Shown: in pieces, positions 38,345 through 48,114 of the stretch | Layout: each line of letters opens with the position of its first letter | Numbering within the stretch: the first letter of the stretch is position 1 | Assembly (NCBI GenBank): GCA_023489235.1 | Contig: JAMDDE010000015.1 | Coordinates: 10,226 to 74,225, forward strand | Source of the DNA: Actinomycetota bacterium | GTDB taxonomy: Bacteria; Actinomycetota; Acidimicrobiia; Acidimicrobiales; JAMDDE01 | Reading direction: 5' to 3' | Length of the DNA stretch: 64,000 nucleotides | Translations under genes and position numbers: made by a program | Notes under the pieces: model-generated | Database searches by the model: none | Told to the model about the DNA's origin: nothing | The model's input: only the letters and a program-made list of their open reading frames with translations

Positions 38345-38450
38345 GGTGCGGTGCTGGGTCCGTCCTGGGAAGGGTGCGGTGCTGGGTCCGTCCTGGGAAG
38401 GGTGCGGTGCTGGGTCCGTCCTGGGAAGGGTGCAGTACTGGAGGTCCGGT
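38345..38450. repeat. 28-bp G-rich tandem repeat, 3 perfect copies plus one degenerate copy
   Basis: GGTGCGGTGCTGGGTCCGTCCTGGGAAG occurs at 38345-38372, 38373-38400 and 38401-38428, followed by the degenerate GGTGCAGTACTGGAGGTCCGGT. It is intercistronic. Confidence 0.9.
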
Positions 38451-38485
38451 TTCGAGATGAGTGCAAGGCTGGAAGGAGATCGTAG

Positions 38486-39943
38486 GTGACAAGTCCTAAG
38501 ATAGCTATTCCTACGCTAGCGGAAACAGGTGAGGCAACTGAGGAAGAGGTCATCAACAAGGTTGCAAAGGCCAGACAAGCATACAGTAGTTGGCATCGTC
38601 TCAGTTACCGAGCCAGAGCGAACCATTTGTTAGAAGTAAGACGCAAATTGATAAAAAATCTCGACGAAATAGTGGACCTCATAGTAGAAGAAACCGGCAA
38701 AGTATCCACAGAGGCTATTGTCAACGAGATCCTAGTAACTTGTGAGCTCATGTCTTATTACGCTCGCCGAGGAGAGGGCTTCCTTCGAACTCAACGAGTT
38801 CCCGTAGGAATAGCTATTCACAAGTGGGCAGAGGTCCGCTATCAGCCGTTAGGAGTAGTGGCTGTGATAAGTCCTTGGAACTACCCCTTCGTCTTGACCA
38901 TGGGACCTGTAGCAACTGCACTTTTTGCAGGAAATACAGTGGTGCTCAAGCCTTCCGAGGTAACTCCTAGAGTCGGAGTAGCAATTGGTAGATTGTTCGC
39001 CAGCATGGACGAGTTCGCCGATATAGTCCAGGTAGTGACCGGAGGAGGTAAGGTTGGCCAGGCATTGATAACTCAACCTGTTGACAAAATAGCCTTCACG
39101 GGATCGGTCCAAACAGGTAAATCGGTCATGAAGGCTGCGGCGGATAACCTTACCCCGGTTCTGTTGGAACTAGGGGGAAAGGATGCCATGATCGTACTGG
39201 CCGATGCCGACCTGGACAGGGCTGCCGCTGGAGCAGTTTGGGGGGCTTTCACCAACTGTGGGCAAACATGCATGGCAGTCGAACGAGTATATGTACTAGA
39301 AGATGTCTATGAGCCATTCCTGAACAAAGTCGTAGAGATAACGAACAAGGTACGGGAGGGGCAGGGAGATAGTGCAGATATTGGTGCTCTCACATATGAG
39401 CGCCAATACGATATCGTCCAACACCAGCTGGAAGATGCGCTACAAACAGGCGCCAAAGTACTTGCAGGTGGGAACAGTATGAGAGTGGGAACTCGCAAGT
39501 CGATATCTCCTACGGTTCTGGTAGAAGTCAGCCCGGACACGGAAATGATGCAGCAAGAGACTTTTGGCCCTTTGCTGCCCATAACCAAGGTTTCCAACGT
39601 CGAAGAGGCCATCCAATTGGCTAATCAATCCAGCTTCGGGCTTTCAGCATCCGTATGGGGAAAGAACAAGAAGACTATTCAACAAGTCGTATACGAGCTC
39701 AAGGCAGGGAGCGTAAGTGTAAATGACGTGATGATCTCGTACGCTATTCCTTCTCTTCCTTTCGGAGGAGTAGGAGCATCAGGGTTTGGCAGAACCCACG
39801 GAAGAGAAGGGTTATTGGAGTTCTGCGCGGTAAAGGCAGTAGCTCATGACTGGCTTGGCCTCAAGCGGGAACCACATTGGCTCCCTCTGCCCCGCTGGCT
39901 CGGGAAGACAGCCAAGCTCTATCTAAAGGCTCGTTATGGATGA
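38486..39943 (+). CDS. NAD(P)-dependent aldehyde dehydrogenase
   Basis: 485-aa ORF with a GTG start after GGAAGGAGA. It has ELGGKDAMIV (catalytic Glu), FTNCGQTCMAVERV (catalytic Cys) and FTGSVQTGK. Confidence 0.92.
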   Translation: MTSPKIAIPTLAETGEATEEEVINKVAKARQAYSSWHRLSYRARANHLLEVRRKLIKNLDEIVDLIVEETGKVSTEAIVNEILVTCELMSYYARRGEGFLRTQRVPVGIAIHKWAEVRYQPLGVVAVISPWNYPFVLTMGPVATALFAGNTVVLKPSEVTPRVGVAIGRLFASMDEFADIVQVVTGGGKVGQALITQPVDKIAFTGSVQTGKSVMKAAADNLTPVLLELGGKDAMIVLADADLDRAAAGAVWGAFTNCGQTCMAVERVYVLEDVYEPFLNKVVEITNKVREGQGDSADIGALTYERQYDIVQHQLEDALQTGAKVLAGGNSMRVGTRKSISPTVLVEVSPDTEMMQQETFGPLLPITKVSNVEEAIQLANQSSFGLSASVWGKNKKTIQQVVYELKAGSVSVNDVMISYAIPSLPFGGVGASGFGRTHGREGLLEFCAVKAVAHDWLGLKREPHWLPLPRWLGKTAKLYLKARYG

Positions 39944-40062
39944 CCAAACGCGACCTGCAAGCCGATGGCCTTATAGCCATGGGTGAGATGTCAGCATCCA
40001 GGAATCGAGGAACGCAACTCAGGATAAAGACTTGATGAACTAGTACATGGAGGTATCAACCT

Positions 40063-40434
40063 ATGAGCTTTTTGATAGACCCACCAGTATTGTTCGGTAC
40101 GGGAGTCGGAATAGAGAGTTATATAGCCGACCGGAAAAAAGCGTTGATGACAGAGGGGGTAATCGCCACTGGCTTTGTCATAACCTCTATATCCCTGTAC
40201 CTGGATGCAAAGTGGACAAAGCCAATCTGGAAGGTATGTGGTGCAAAGTCTGGAAGGGACTGGATGCTCAACTCTGGAGTATTCAAATTCAATACAGATA
40301 AGGTGTCCAACAAGGTTCACGTTGTAGCTGCAGTGCTGTTTGCCTCTTACCCATTCTGGATACATCTGGGCCGCAAAGTGGGGTCCAAGTTCATCACGGA
40401 GAACTCCAGACTTGGGAATGCGCTGCTAAGTTGA
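40063..40434 (+). CDS. Putative small membrane protein
   Basis: 123-aa ORF with GGAGG 7 nt upstream of the ATG and two or three hydrophobic segments. A 124-aa antisense ORF overlaps it. Confidence 0.45.
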   Translation: MSFLIDPPVLFGTGVGIESYIADRKKALMTEGVIATGFVITSISLYLDAKWTKPIWKVCGAKSGRDWMLNSGVFKFNTDKVSNKVHVVAAVLFASYPFWIHLGRKVGSKFITENSRLGNALLS

Positions 40435-40591
40435 CTTAAACGCGCCTCGGCAATCCAAGTCCACGAATGAATAATCCACAAGATCACAGACACGAGATAA
40501 TATCTACCGGCAGCATAAGCAGCGAAAATACAGGCACTGTTTCCAGTGTGGATTCTTTCACGTAAACCTGAGCAAACAAAGGATATTCTAG

Positions 40592-42067
40592 ATGATCGAA
40601 GGGCATCAACTACCCGTTGTGGTATCTGCTGGTCAAGTCACTGAGCATGACAAGCTGGGGAGCGCCCTGGACCTCGCCGAGAAAGCTGCCTCGATCGCCC
40701 TAGAAGGAGCACCTGGGCTACGTAAGCATATATCGAGGCTCGTCATGGTCAACTCATTGTCGCAGGTTGGTCCAGCACCCGCCTCTGAACTTGCTACGCG
40801 GTTGGGGATGGAGGTTCAAGAGCGCTCAACTACTACCATTGGGGGCAACAACCCACAATGGCTAGTCAACTCCTTGGCACAACAAATAGCACTAGGCGAC
40901 TTGGAAGCAGCCATGATCGTTGGAACAGAGAATATGCACTCCAGCAAAGTGGCTAGGAGAACCGGGAGCAGCTTTGCTTCCTACAATAGCGACCTGTCAC
41001 CAGACAAAGTGATTGGAGATACCCGCAATGGGACTGGACCAGCAGAAGAGGCAATTGGGTTAATCGCCCCTGTCCACATCTACGCCTTATTCGAAAGCTC
41101 AATTGCTGCTCGCTTACACCGTGACTTCCCTCAGCAGAGAGAGGAAATAGCCAAGTGGATGGCAACGTTTACTCAACTAGCCGCTCGTAACCGATACGCG
41201 TGGTTCCAAAGATCAAGGCTTCCACAAGAGCTGGCTACACCCACCTCAGAGAACAGACTAGTAGCAGAACCCTATACCAAGTTGCTCACCGCCTTTCTTG
41301 GTGTAGACCAGGCGGCTGCTCTCGTTCTTACCTCACTTGATTTGGCCAAGCAATACCACTTGGAAGAATCGTCGGTATTCATTTGGTCCGGAGCAGATGC
41401 AAACGATATCTGGTATCCAACTGCTCGTCCTGATCCAGGAAGATCTCCTGCAATGAAAGGTGTGTTCACTGCTGCGCTAACAGCAGCAGGACTTTCTGTA
41501 GGAGACATATCTGCATTCGATCTATACTCCTGCTTTCCTTGTGCAGTGGAGATGGCATCAGAGGCGTTAGGGCTCAACTCTCCTGGAGACAGAGTGCTCA
41601 CTCTTACGGGAGGGTTGGCATATTTTGGAGGGCCAGGAAACAACTACACAACTCACGCCATTGCTTGTGCAGCTGAGCATGTAAGAGAGCATGGCGGTCC
41701 TGTAATGATCTCCGGACTCGGTTGGTATGCCACCAAGCACTCAGCAGGTATATACAGTGACCTACCACCCCCTCGAGGATTCCGCCTCGGAAATACCTTG
41801 GTTGATCAGGAACGTATTGATGCCGATAGTAGACCCATTGTCACTGGTTTGGATACTCATTGTCCAGCTACAGTTATTGCCTCCACCATTGCTTACGCCC
41901 GAGACGGTAGAGCCGTTCGTGCCCCAATAATAGCCAGGTTAGAGGACGGATCTCAATTGTCAGCAGACATAGCAGAGGGAGAGCTTGACAATCTGCCTAT
42001 CTCCAACTTGGTAGGTCACAAGGTGTTCGTAGGAGGAAGGCCGCTCTCCTATCGCCTGGTGGAATAA
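40592..42067 (+). CDS. Thiolase-like protein (SCP-x/lipid-transfer type) with C-terminal OB-fold-like extension
   Basis: 491-aa ORF. FDLYSCFPCAVEMASEALGL and GGLAYFGGPGNNY are typical of nonspecific thiolase-like proteins. An extra region of about 100 aa sits at the C-terminus. Confidence 0.7.
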   Translation: MIEGHQLPVVVSAGQVTEHDKLGSALDLAEKAASIALEGAPGLRKHISRLVMVNSLSQVGPAPASELATRLGMEVQERSTTTIGGNNPQWLVNSLAQQIALGDLEAAMIVGTENMHSSKVARRTGSSFASYNSDLSPDKVIGDTRNGTGPAEEAIGLIAPVHIYALFESSIAARLHRDFPQQREEIAKWMATFTQLAARNRYAWFQRSRLPQELATPTSENRLVAEPYTKLLTAFLGVDQAAALVLTSLDLAKQYHLEESSVFIWSGADANDIWYPTARPDPGRSPAMKGVFTAALTAAGLSVGDISAFDLYSCFPCAVEMASEALGLNSPGDRVLTLTGGLAYFGGPGNNYTTHAIACAAEHVREHGGPVMISGLGWYATKHSAGIYSDLPPPRGFRLGNTLVDQERIDADSRPIVTGLDTHCPATVIASTIAYARDGRAVRAPIIARLEDGSQLSADIAEGELDNLPISNLVGHKVFVGGRPLSYRLVE

Positions 42068-42100
42068 AGTGGGTATTGCTCGACTCCCTTATCCTAACCC

Positions 42101-42493
42101 TTATCCTAACCCTCGATGTCGACTTTCAGCAGTCACTCCAACCAGTGCTAGAAGACACAGCCCTATGCCTGGAATGGCTAGCCAGACGCCAAAAACAAAA
42201 GCAACAGCAATAAGCGTAGACCCAGCAGCCAATACCAATGGCCAGATAGTGTCAGTAGCGAATACCCCCAGGGCTCCAGCACCGTCACTCAAGGTTGCAT
42301 CATTGCGGTCCTCTGGACGAGGATGCATACGCCTTGACCACCACCAATAATACGCCCCTGGGACCAAGGCGAATATCCCGGAGAATGCAAGCATTGTGGT
42401 GCCGGCATGTTCATATGAGACGAACCAGTAGCTAACTGTTACTGCAGCAAAAAAAACCGTCAATATGATCATCAATTTTGCTTCGATCTTCAC
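42101..42493 (-). CDS. ctaF: Cytochrome c oxidase subunit IV (actinobacterial CtaF)
   Basis: 130-aa ORF with four hydrophobic helices. It lies immediately downstream of ctaD with a GTGA start/stop overlap. Confidence 0.8.
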   Translation of the reverse strand: MKIEAKLMIILTVFFAAVTVSYWFVSYEHAGTTMLAFSGIFALVPGAYYWWWSRRMHPRPEDRNDATLSDGAGALGVFATDTIWPLVLAAGSTLIAVAFVFGVWLAIPGIGLCLLALVGVTAESRHRGLG

Positions 42494-44472
42494 GTTCGTT
42501 CCCCTCCTAGCCCAGGTTGACCATCGTTGAAAGAAGTCCTCCTGTAACTATCTGAAGGTCTTCCACCACTTTCTCCCCCAGTTAGATCTCTATTGCTGAG
42601 TGGATCCATACCGCCTTTACTCATAGACTGAGAGGGCTCCGTCAGAGAAGCAGTGCCGGTCGTCAAGGAGTTCGAGGAGCCTCCTTCTCCAGTTGCGCTA
42701 CTTGCTTGGTGGCCAGTTAACCCAGTCCTGCTACCACTCCTAGCAGGATCATGACCGCCATTGTTGCCGTTGTTGCCATGGCCGACAATGCCACTGGGAC
42801 CGAGCACCCCGGTAGTGATGATCCCTGCTGCAGCCAAATCCGCGTGGTTAGCATCCCAGGTAGGTCGTTGGGATCTAATCCGTGGCAAAGAGGTAAAGTT
42901 GTGCGGCGGTGGTGGTGAGGATGTCCACCATTCAAGGGTGTGCCCATCCCAGGGATTGTCGCCTGAAGGAATAGGATAACGCCAGGAGATCCATAGATTT
43001 ACCACCAGGAGCAGTACCGATATAGCAATGAGATAGGAACCTACGGTTGATACCCTGTTCAAGAAGGTCCACCCCATGGTGGGAGAGTAGATAGCCTCTC
43101 GCCTGGGCATACCTCTCAGCCCTAGGACGAACTGGGGCATGAATGTCGTCCAAGCTCCTACTAGGAAAAAGACAAAACTGACCTTACCTATGCTCTCGCG
43201 CATAAGCCTACCGGTCATCTTGGGATACCAGTAGTAGATACCTCCAATACCAGCCATGACCAGAGCCATGATCACCATGTGAAAGTGAGCGATGACAAAG
43301 TACGTATCGTGGACGGCAAAGTCCACTGGCGGCGATGCAAGCATGACGCCCGACAGGCCACCTATCAAAAAAGTAACAAGGAAGCCTACGCAGTAAAGCA
43401 TCGGGGTTTTGAACGATATGGAACCACCCCACATCGAACCAATCCAGTTGAAGAACTTAATCCCTGTAGGGACAGCTATCAGATAGGACATAAAGGAGAA
43501 GAAAGGCAGGAGAACTACTCCTGTCGTGAACATGTGATGCGCCCATACCCCGGTGGACAAGGCTGCAATAGCAATTGTAGCGAATACCATACCAATGTAC
43601 CCGAACAAAGGTTTCCTAGAAAACACAGGTATTATCTCAGTGACTACTCCAAAGAAAGGTAAGGCAAGGATATACACCTCTGGATGTCCAAAGAACCAGA
43701 ACAAGTGCTGCCATAGAACAGGAACTCCACCGCCTTGCACCTCAAAGATATGAGTACCGAAGTGGCGGTCACAGTAAAGCATCACCAAAGCAGCTGTGAG
43801 AACGGGGAAGGCAATAAGGCTCAAGAGGGCAGTGACCACCATGTTCCAAGTAAAGATGGGGAGTCTGAACATGGTCATTCCTGGTGCTCTTAGATAGAAC
43901 ACTGTAGTAATGATGTTAACGGCAGTGAACACAGTCGAGAAACCAGTGAGGATCAAAGCCACTATCCAAAGATCTGGACCAGCTCCAGGTGAGTTAGTGG
44001 CATTGGAAAGTGGGGCATAAGCTACCCAACCAAAGTCTGCCGCTCCCCCTGCAACCAGAAATCCAGAAAGCATCACTATGCTTCCCCCTAGATACATCCA
44101 GTAGGACAAAGCATTAAGACGAGGGAAGGCCATGTCCGGCGCACCTATCTGCAGAGGAACGAAGTAGTTACCCAGGAAGCCAGAGGCAAATGGACCTGCA
44201 AAGAGCAGTAACATTATGCTGCCGTGCATGGTGAACATCTCGTTGTACTGGTGCAGGCTCAATACCCCTCCACTGGGAGAAAGGAGTTGGGTTCTCATGA
44301 GCAAAGCCATGATGCCGCCAATAACGAACATGGCCAATGAAGTGACCATGTAGCTGGTTCCTATGACCTTGTGATCAGTAGAGGTCAACCACTTGACTAA
44401 TCCACTTGGTCCCTGACCATGAACTGGTGGAGTTCTAGCAGGTACTGTTGGTTGTTCCACGAGAAGAGTCAT
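42490..44472 (-). CDS. ctaD: Cytochrome c oxidase subunit I with long low-complexity C-terminal tail
   Basis: 660-aa ORF with [11 protein letters not shown], the HHMF region and the VAHFHMV heme/CuB ligand motifs. The last ~120 aa are rich in G, N, S and T. Confidence 0.95.
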   Translation of the reverse strand: MTLLVEQPTVPARTPPVHGQGPSGLVKWLTSTDHKVIGTSYMVTSLAMFVIGGIMALLMRTQLLSPSGGVLSLHQYNEMFTMHGSIMLLLFAGPFASGFLGNYFVPLQIGAPDMAFPRLNALSYWMYLGGSIVMLSGFLVAGGAADFGWVAYAPLSNATNSPGAGPDLWIVALILTGFSTVFTAVNIITTVFYLRAPGMTMFRLPIFTWNMVVTALLSLIAFPVLTAALVMLYCDRHFGTHIFEVQGGGVPVLWQHLFWFFGHPEVYILALPFFGVVTEIIPVFSRKPLFGYIGMVFATIAIAALSTGVWAHHMFTTGVVLLPFFSFMSYLIAVPTGIKFFNWIGSMWGGSISFKTPMLYCVGFLVTFLIGGLSGVMLASPPVDFAVHDTYFVIAHFHMVIMALVMAGIGGIYYWYPKMTGRLMRESIGKVSFVFFLVGAWTTFMPQFVLGLRGMPRREAIYSPTMGWTFLNRVSTVGSYLIAISVLLLVVNLWISWRYPIPSGDNPWDGHTLEWWTSSPPPPHNFTSLPRIRSQRPTWDANHADLAAAGIITTGVLGPSGIVGHGNNGNNGGHDPARSGSRTGLTGHQASSATGEGGSSNSLTTGTASLTEPSQSMSKGGMDPLSNRDLTGGESGGRPSDSYRRTSFNDGQPGLGGERT

Positions 44473-45383
44473 CTGCCCCTCCTTGCAGCTACCTCTGACA
44501 AACTCCCACCTGCTCCTGATGAACTATGCGCAGCTACATATTGGCCGTTAGTCGATCGCTGCAAACGCTCCTGAGCAGCCAACCACGCGGCAAAGGCAGA
44601 CTTGCTGACTACCTTGAACCTGAAGAGCATTTCCGAGTGGTACAAGCCGCAGAAGTCAGTACACTGGCCGTGATACACCCCTTCACGTCGAAAGTTGAGA
44701 TCAAACCTGTTCACTACCCCTGGTTGCGCATACCTACTGAAGTCTATCTGGCGCAGGTAAAACCCATGGACTACATCGGCTGAAACCAAAGTAATGCCAA
44801 TGGTCTCATTGACCGGCAATACTGCTGGCGGATACGAATTAGGCCAATCAGTAGCCGTATCCAGAACGGTTACATCAGTCCCGCTGTAATGGAAACGCCA
44901 CCCCCATTGGAAAGCTGTCACCTTGAGGGCTACACCCGGATCCGACTTTACTGCATCAACTTCGTTCTCCGTGTTGACAGTGAAATAAAACAACAAACAC
45001 ACGATGATCACAGGAACGGCGGTATAGATGATCTCTATCGGAATGTTGTAGCGGAACTGCCTAGGCAGCTCTTCCGAACGCTTCCTGAATCGGAAAACCG
45101 ACCACAGTACCAAAGAGAGCACGATAATACCCACGAGCATGGCGGCCAGGAGTGATCCCGTCCAAAGTTTGAAGGTGTCATGTCCTTGAGTCGTAGCCCC
45201 TCTGTACATACCTAGGTAGGGCAGACGACAGCTGGAGAGCAGGACGGCAGCCGCACCAATGAGCAAGAATCTGAGGACTGAGCGAACAACCCGTTCAAGG
45301 AAGGGGGATTTGATGGGGCGATGATCAGTGCTACCTCGATTTTTCCTTCGATGGTATACTGGTACTTCGCTGGCGGCACTCAT
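44469..45383 (-). CDS. ctaC: Cytochrome c oxidase subunit II
   Basis: The CuA site is VVHGFY...[12 protein letters not shown]. The ORF is open to 45524, but I chose M48 (MSAASEV..., 45383) as the start, just before the hydrophobic anchor. ATGA overlap with ctaD. Confidence 0.9.
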   Translation of the reverse strand: MSAASEVPVYHRRKNRGSTDHRPIKSPFLERVVRSVLRFLLIGAAAVLLSSCRLPYLGMYRGATTQGHDTFKLWTGSLLAAMLVGIIVLSLVLWSVFRFRKRSEELPRQFRYNIPIEIIYTAVPVIIVCLLFYFTVNTENEVDAVKSDPGVALKVTAFQWGWRFHYSGTDVTVLDTATDWPNSYPPAVLPVNETIGITLVSADVVHGFYLRQIDFSRYAQPGVVNRFDLNFRREGVYHGQCTDFCGLYHSEMLFRFKVVSKSAFAAWLAAQERLQRSTNGQYVAAHSSSGAGGSLSEVAARRGR

Positions 45384-45673
45384 AGAACAAACTTTAGCGA
45401 GCCAGGAGTCACGTGGAAAATCACTTGTCCGACAATACATCGTCGATTCATAACAGCAGTTCACAGACTTATTCCAAAGCTCACATCCTTCCTCTGTGCT
45501 TACAGCCAAGAAGTTGGAGAACAAAGTTGAAGCCGTAGAATGCGAACTACTCTCGTGAACCTGTTGATCAAGCTGTTAGGCGTTAGGACATTAGCCACTG
45601 TCACAGCTATTGATTTAGCGGTATGATACAAGAGTTGGTTGTTGCAAAACGCTTACCCAAGGGAGTGTAGGAT

Positions 45674-45907
45674 ATGCCTACTACGCTACTAGCTGATATT
45701 TTTGGTCCGGATGTGCTCATAGTTCTGATAGTCATAGCAGTGCTGTTTGGTGGGAGCCAACTACCAAAATTGGCTAGAGCACTTGGATCTGCTTCTCATG
45801 AGTTCAAAAAGGGAGTGGAGACAGGACTAGAGGATAGTGCTTCGGATGCCAAGAAGGGATCGAACGCTCAAGCATCGGAGACCAAACAAGAAAATCAGCA
45901 GTCGTAA
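45674..45907 (+). CDS. tatA: Twin-arginine translocase subunit TatA/E
   Basis: 77-aa ORF with an N-terminal helix (LIVLIVIAVLFGGSQLPKLARALG) followed by an amphipathic, acidic tail. Confidence 0.9.
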   Translation: MPTTLLADIFGPDVLIVLIVIAVLFGGSQLPKLARALGSASHEFKKGVETGLEDSASDAKKGSNAQASETKQENQQS

Positions 45908-45963
45908 GACTTGATTACGACAGTACATCCAATAACTTTCTCTTAGCTCAGGACAACTAGGTA

Positions 45964-46371
45964 TTAGACCGAGGTTGCCAACATAATGCCCATGAACATT
46001 GCCGCCAAAGCTGAGAGGGCAGTAACACTACCCCATACGGCTAAGCCGGCTGATGATTTACTCTTCGTATGCAGCCAAGCCGCAAGACCAGAAAGTAGTA
46101 CCAAGCCTATCTTGATCCACAGTACGGTCTGCCAGGCAGAGTCCATCGCCCAGAAATGGACAGCAAACATGTTCCACACTCCTGTTGCTAGAAGGACGAA
46201 GTAGGAGGGCCAAGCCAATCTATTGAACTGATTGGCCAATGCTTTAGTCACTGTGGCATTTCCTCGTACCGCAGGTACGAGACCAGCAAGAACAATTTGC
46301 CCTCCTACCCAAATACTTGCCGCCAAGATGTGAAGAAATAGCCTGACCGTAGTTAGAAAAGGGGTAAGCAC
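45964..46371 (-). CDS. Integral membrane protein (CopD-like four-helix type)
   Basis: 135-aa ORF with four hydrophobic helices and a FLHILAASIWVGGQ motif. Confidence 0.6.
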   Translation of the reverse strand: MLTPFLTTVRLFLHILAASIWVGGQIVLAGLVPAVRGNATVTKALANQFNRLAWPSYFVLLATGVWNMFAVHFWAMDSAWQTVLWIKIGLVLLSGLAAWLHTKSKSSAGLAVWGSVTALSALAAMFMGIMLATSV

Positions 46372-46463
46372 AGTTCCTGCATATCCTATTGTGTCTACTT
46401 ACAGCTCGAAATCCATGACTTCACAGAGGAGGAGATACGGGAACAAGGGACATGGAGCTAGGT

Positions 46464-47231
46464 TCAGCGACCTTGCCACCGAGGTTCTCTTTTCTCAGCA
46501 AATGCAACTGCCCCTTCCATTGCATCAGCTGAAGAGAACACCTCACCAACAGCACTATCACTTAACGTCCATGCTTCTTCCTCGGTCATCTCATATGCCT
46601 TGCGCATAACACGTTTAGTAGCTCGCACTGCCAGTGGAGCGTTGGCACATATAGCTTCAGCTATACGAAGAGCCTCCCCAACAACTTCATTGGAGGGTAC
46701 CACTCTGTTGACCAAGCCAAGAGAGAGAGCTTTCTTTGCATCTATGGGCTGTCCACTCATACCCAGCTCCAAGGCAACAGACAACGGCAACCTCCGCGGC
46801 AAACGGATAAGTCCACCAGCTCCAGCAATAAGCCCTCTAGTAACCTCAGGTAAACCGAACATGGCGTGCTCAGCAGCGACAATCACATCGCACGAGAGTG
46901 CTATCTCGCATCCGCCCCCAAGAGCATACCCATTAACCGCTGCAATAAGAGGTTTAGGGAACTGGCGCTTGGCAATTCCTGCAAAGCCACCCTTTGCCCC
47001 GGCAATAGCACCTCCCTCACCTGCTGCGAAAGCCTTCAAATCCATACCAGCAGAGAATGCCTTGTCGCCCGCTCCAGTAATAATCACTGCCCAGACTTCC
47101 TCATCCTCTTCAAGCTCATCGAATGCCTTGGACAAAGATTCACTCGTGGCACCATCGATGGCATTACGAGCTTCGGGACGATTGATGATCAACAACTCGG
47201 TCCTACCGTGACGCTCGCGTTCAACTGACAT
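46464..47231 (-). CDS. Enoyl-CoA hydratase/isomerase (crotonase) family protein
   Basis: 255-aa ORF. ITGAGDKAFSAGMDLK and AAVNGYALGGGCEIALSCD are oxyanion-hole motifs. Confidence 0.92.
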   Translation of the reverse strand: MSVERERHGRTELLIINRPEARNAIDGATSESLSKAFDELEEDEEVWAVIITGAGDKAFSAGMDLKAFAAGEGGAIAGAKGGFAGIAKRQFPKPLIAAVNGYALGGGCEIALSCDVIVAAEHAMFGLPEVTRGLIAGAGGLIRLPRRLPLSVALELGMSGQPIDAKKALSLGLVNRVVPSNEVVGEALRIAEAICANAPLAVRATKRVMRKAYEMTEEEAWTLSDSAVGEVFSSADAMEGAVAFAEKREPRWQGR

Positions 47232-47443
47232 GCATACCTCCTAACATGCACACATACCTTCTACTGGGCACTACTAAGCACTACTGGGCGTCTCTATGGG
47301 GGGTCCCCAAAACTCGGTCCACCATTTATGTAAGTCTGGACCACTGACTAGCTTACCAAGGCAAGCTCTGAGGGTGCCTGGTGGTCCCAGAACTCCTTGG
47401 CGTAAAACCTCTTCCTCCTTGCCGAGCGGGCTAGTACCAGTCG

Positions 47444-47530
47444 CTGATAGCTTATGCGATGGTTCTTGAACTCCTCTGGGGTTAGATAACCAAGGGAGCT
47501 GTGGGGACGGAAACGGCTTCATTGTACCCC
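47444..47530 (-). pseudogene. Remnant of an IS3/IS481-type (rve integrase) transposase C-terminus
   Basis: Hand translation of the minus strand gives GYNEA, then a frameshift, then RFRPHSSLGYLTPEEFKNH. This matches the YN..RPHS.LGY.TP.EF tail of rve-domain transposases. No intact ORF is present. Confidence 0.6.
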
Positions 47531-47649
47531 TCCACGGACGTGGTATATGGCCTCAGGCTGAAGATCTGAGTAGTCCACCACTGGAGAAGACGGCCACTGT
47601 GTGATCCTTTCGAAAAAGGAAGCAAACCGATCGAAAGGAGGACACAACA

Positions 47650-47840
47650 GTGACCGTCATCAAAAGTATGGACCTTGTGGAGGCCGTTCGTGAGCATCTC
47701 GCCAAGGCAAACCCTGATGTACTTAGGGAGCTGGTGGAGAGCTTCGCTAATGCTTTGATGTCCGCTTCAAGCAGACGCCGTGTGTGGGGCACCCTATGGG
47801 GAGACCTCCCTTGAATTCCCGAGGCCGCCATGGCATAGAC
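47650..47840 (+). pseudogene. Remnant of an IS256-family (Mutator-type) transposase N-terminus, frameshifted and truncated
   Basis: A GTG follows AAAGGAGG. Translation gives ...NPDVLRELVESFANALMSA, then a +1 shift, then ADAVCGAPYGE. This matches the ...ALMSAEADAVCGA.YGE block of actinobacterial IS256-like transposases. Only about 190 nt survive. Confidence 0.6.
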
Positions 47841-48114
47841 TTGTGAGTGGATCACACGGTGGTCCTATACACCACTACCGTGGACGTGACCCGCGGTGGC
47901 GTGAGAAGGGTGGTGTCAAGCAACTCCAACCGAGCGGATAGGTCAGGAGCCCCGTCCGTAAGGGAGGGGAGGTTCACTAACAGGCCGCATTGCAATACTC
48001 CTGTCTCCAGGCAAATAGATAGGACGGCTCACGTAGAGCGACTCTTTTCATGTACGAGGGGATACACTAGGGGCACGCCTATAGTACGCCAGGATACGAT
48101 TTAACTTCTTAACT

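Noticed and set aside
38345-38450. Whether the 28-bp repeats could be a CRISPR array.
   Set aside because: The units are directly tandem with no spacers, and no cas genes are in the window.
42086-42113. 12-bp tandem CCCTTATCCTAA x2.3 spanning the ctaF stop codon.
   Set aside because: It is very short and sits in a convergent gene end. It is probably simple slippage with no evident function.
47947-47975. GAGCCCCGTCCGTAAGGGAGGGGAGGTTC hairpin with a GNRA-type loop, resembling group II intron domain V.
   Set aside because: It is shorter than the 34-nt domain V, and the two-nucleotide bulge geometry does not fit. There is no reverse-transcriptase ORF and no GUGYG 5' end nearby.
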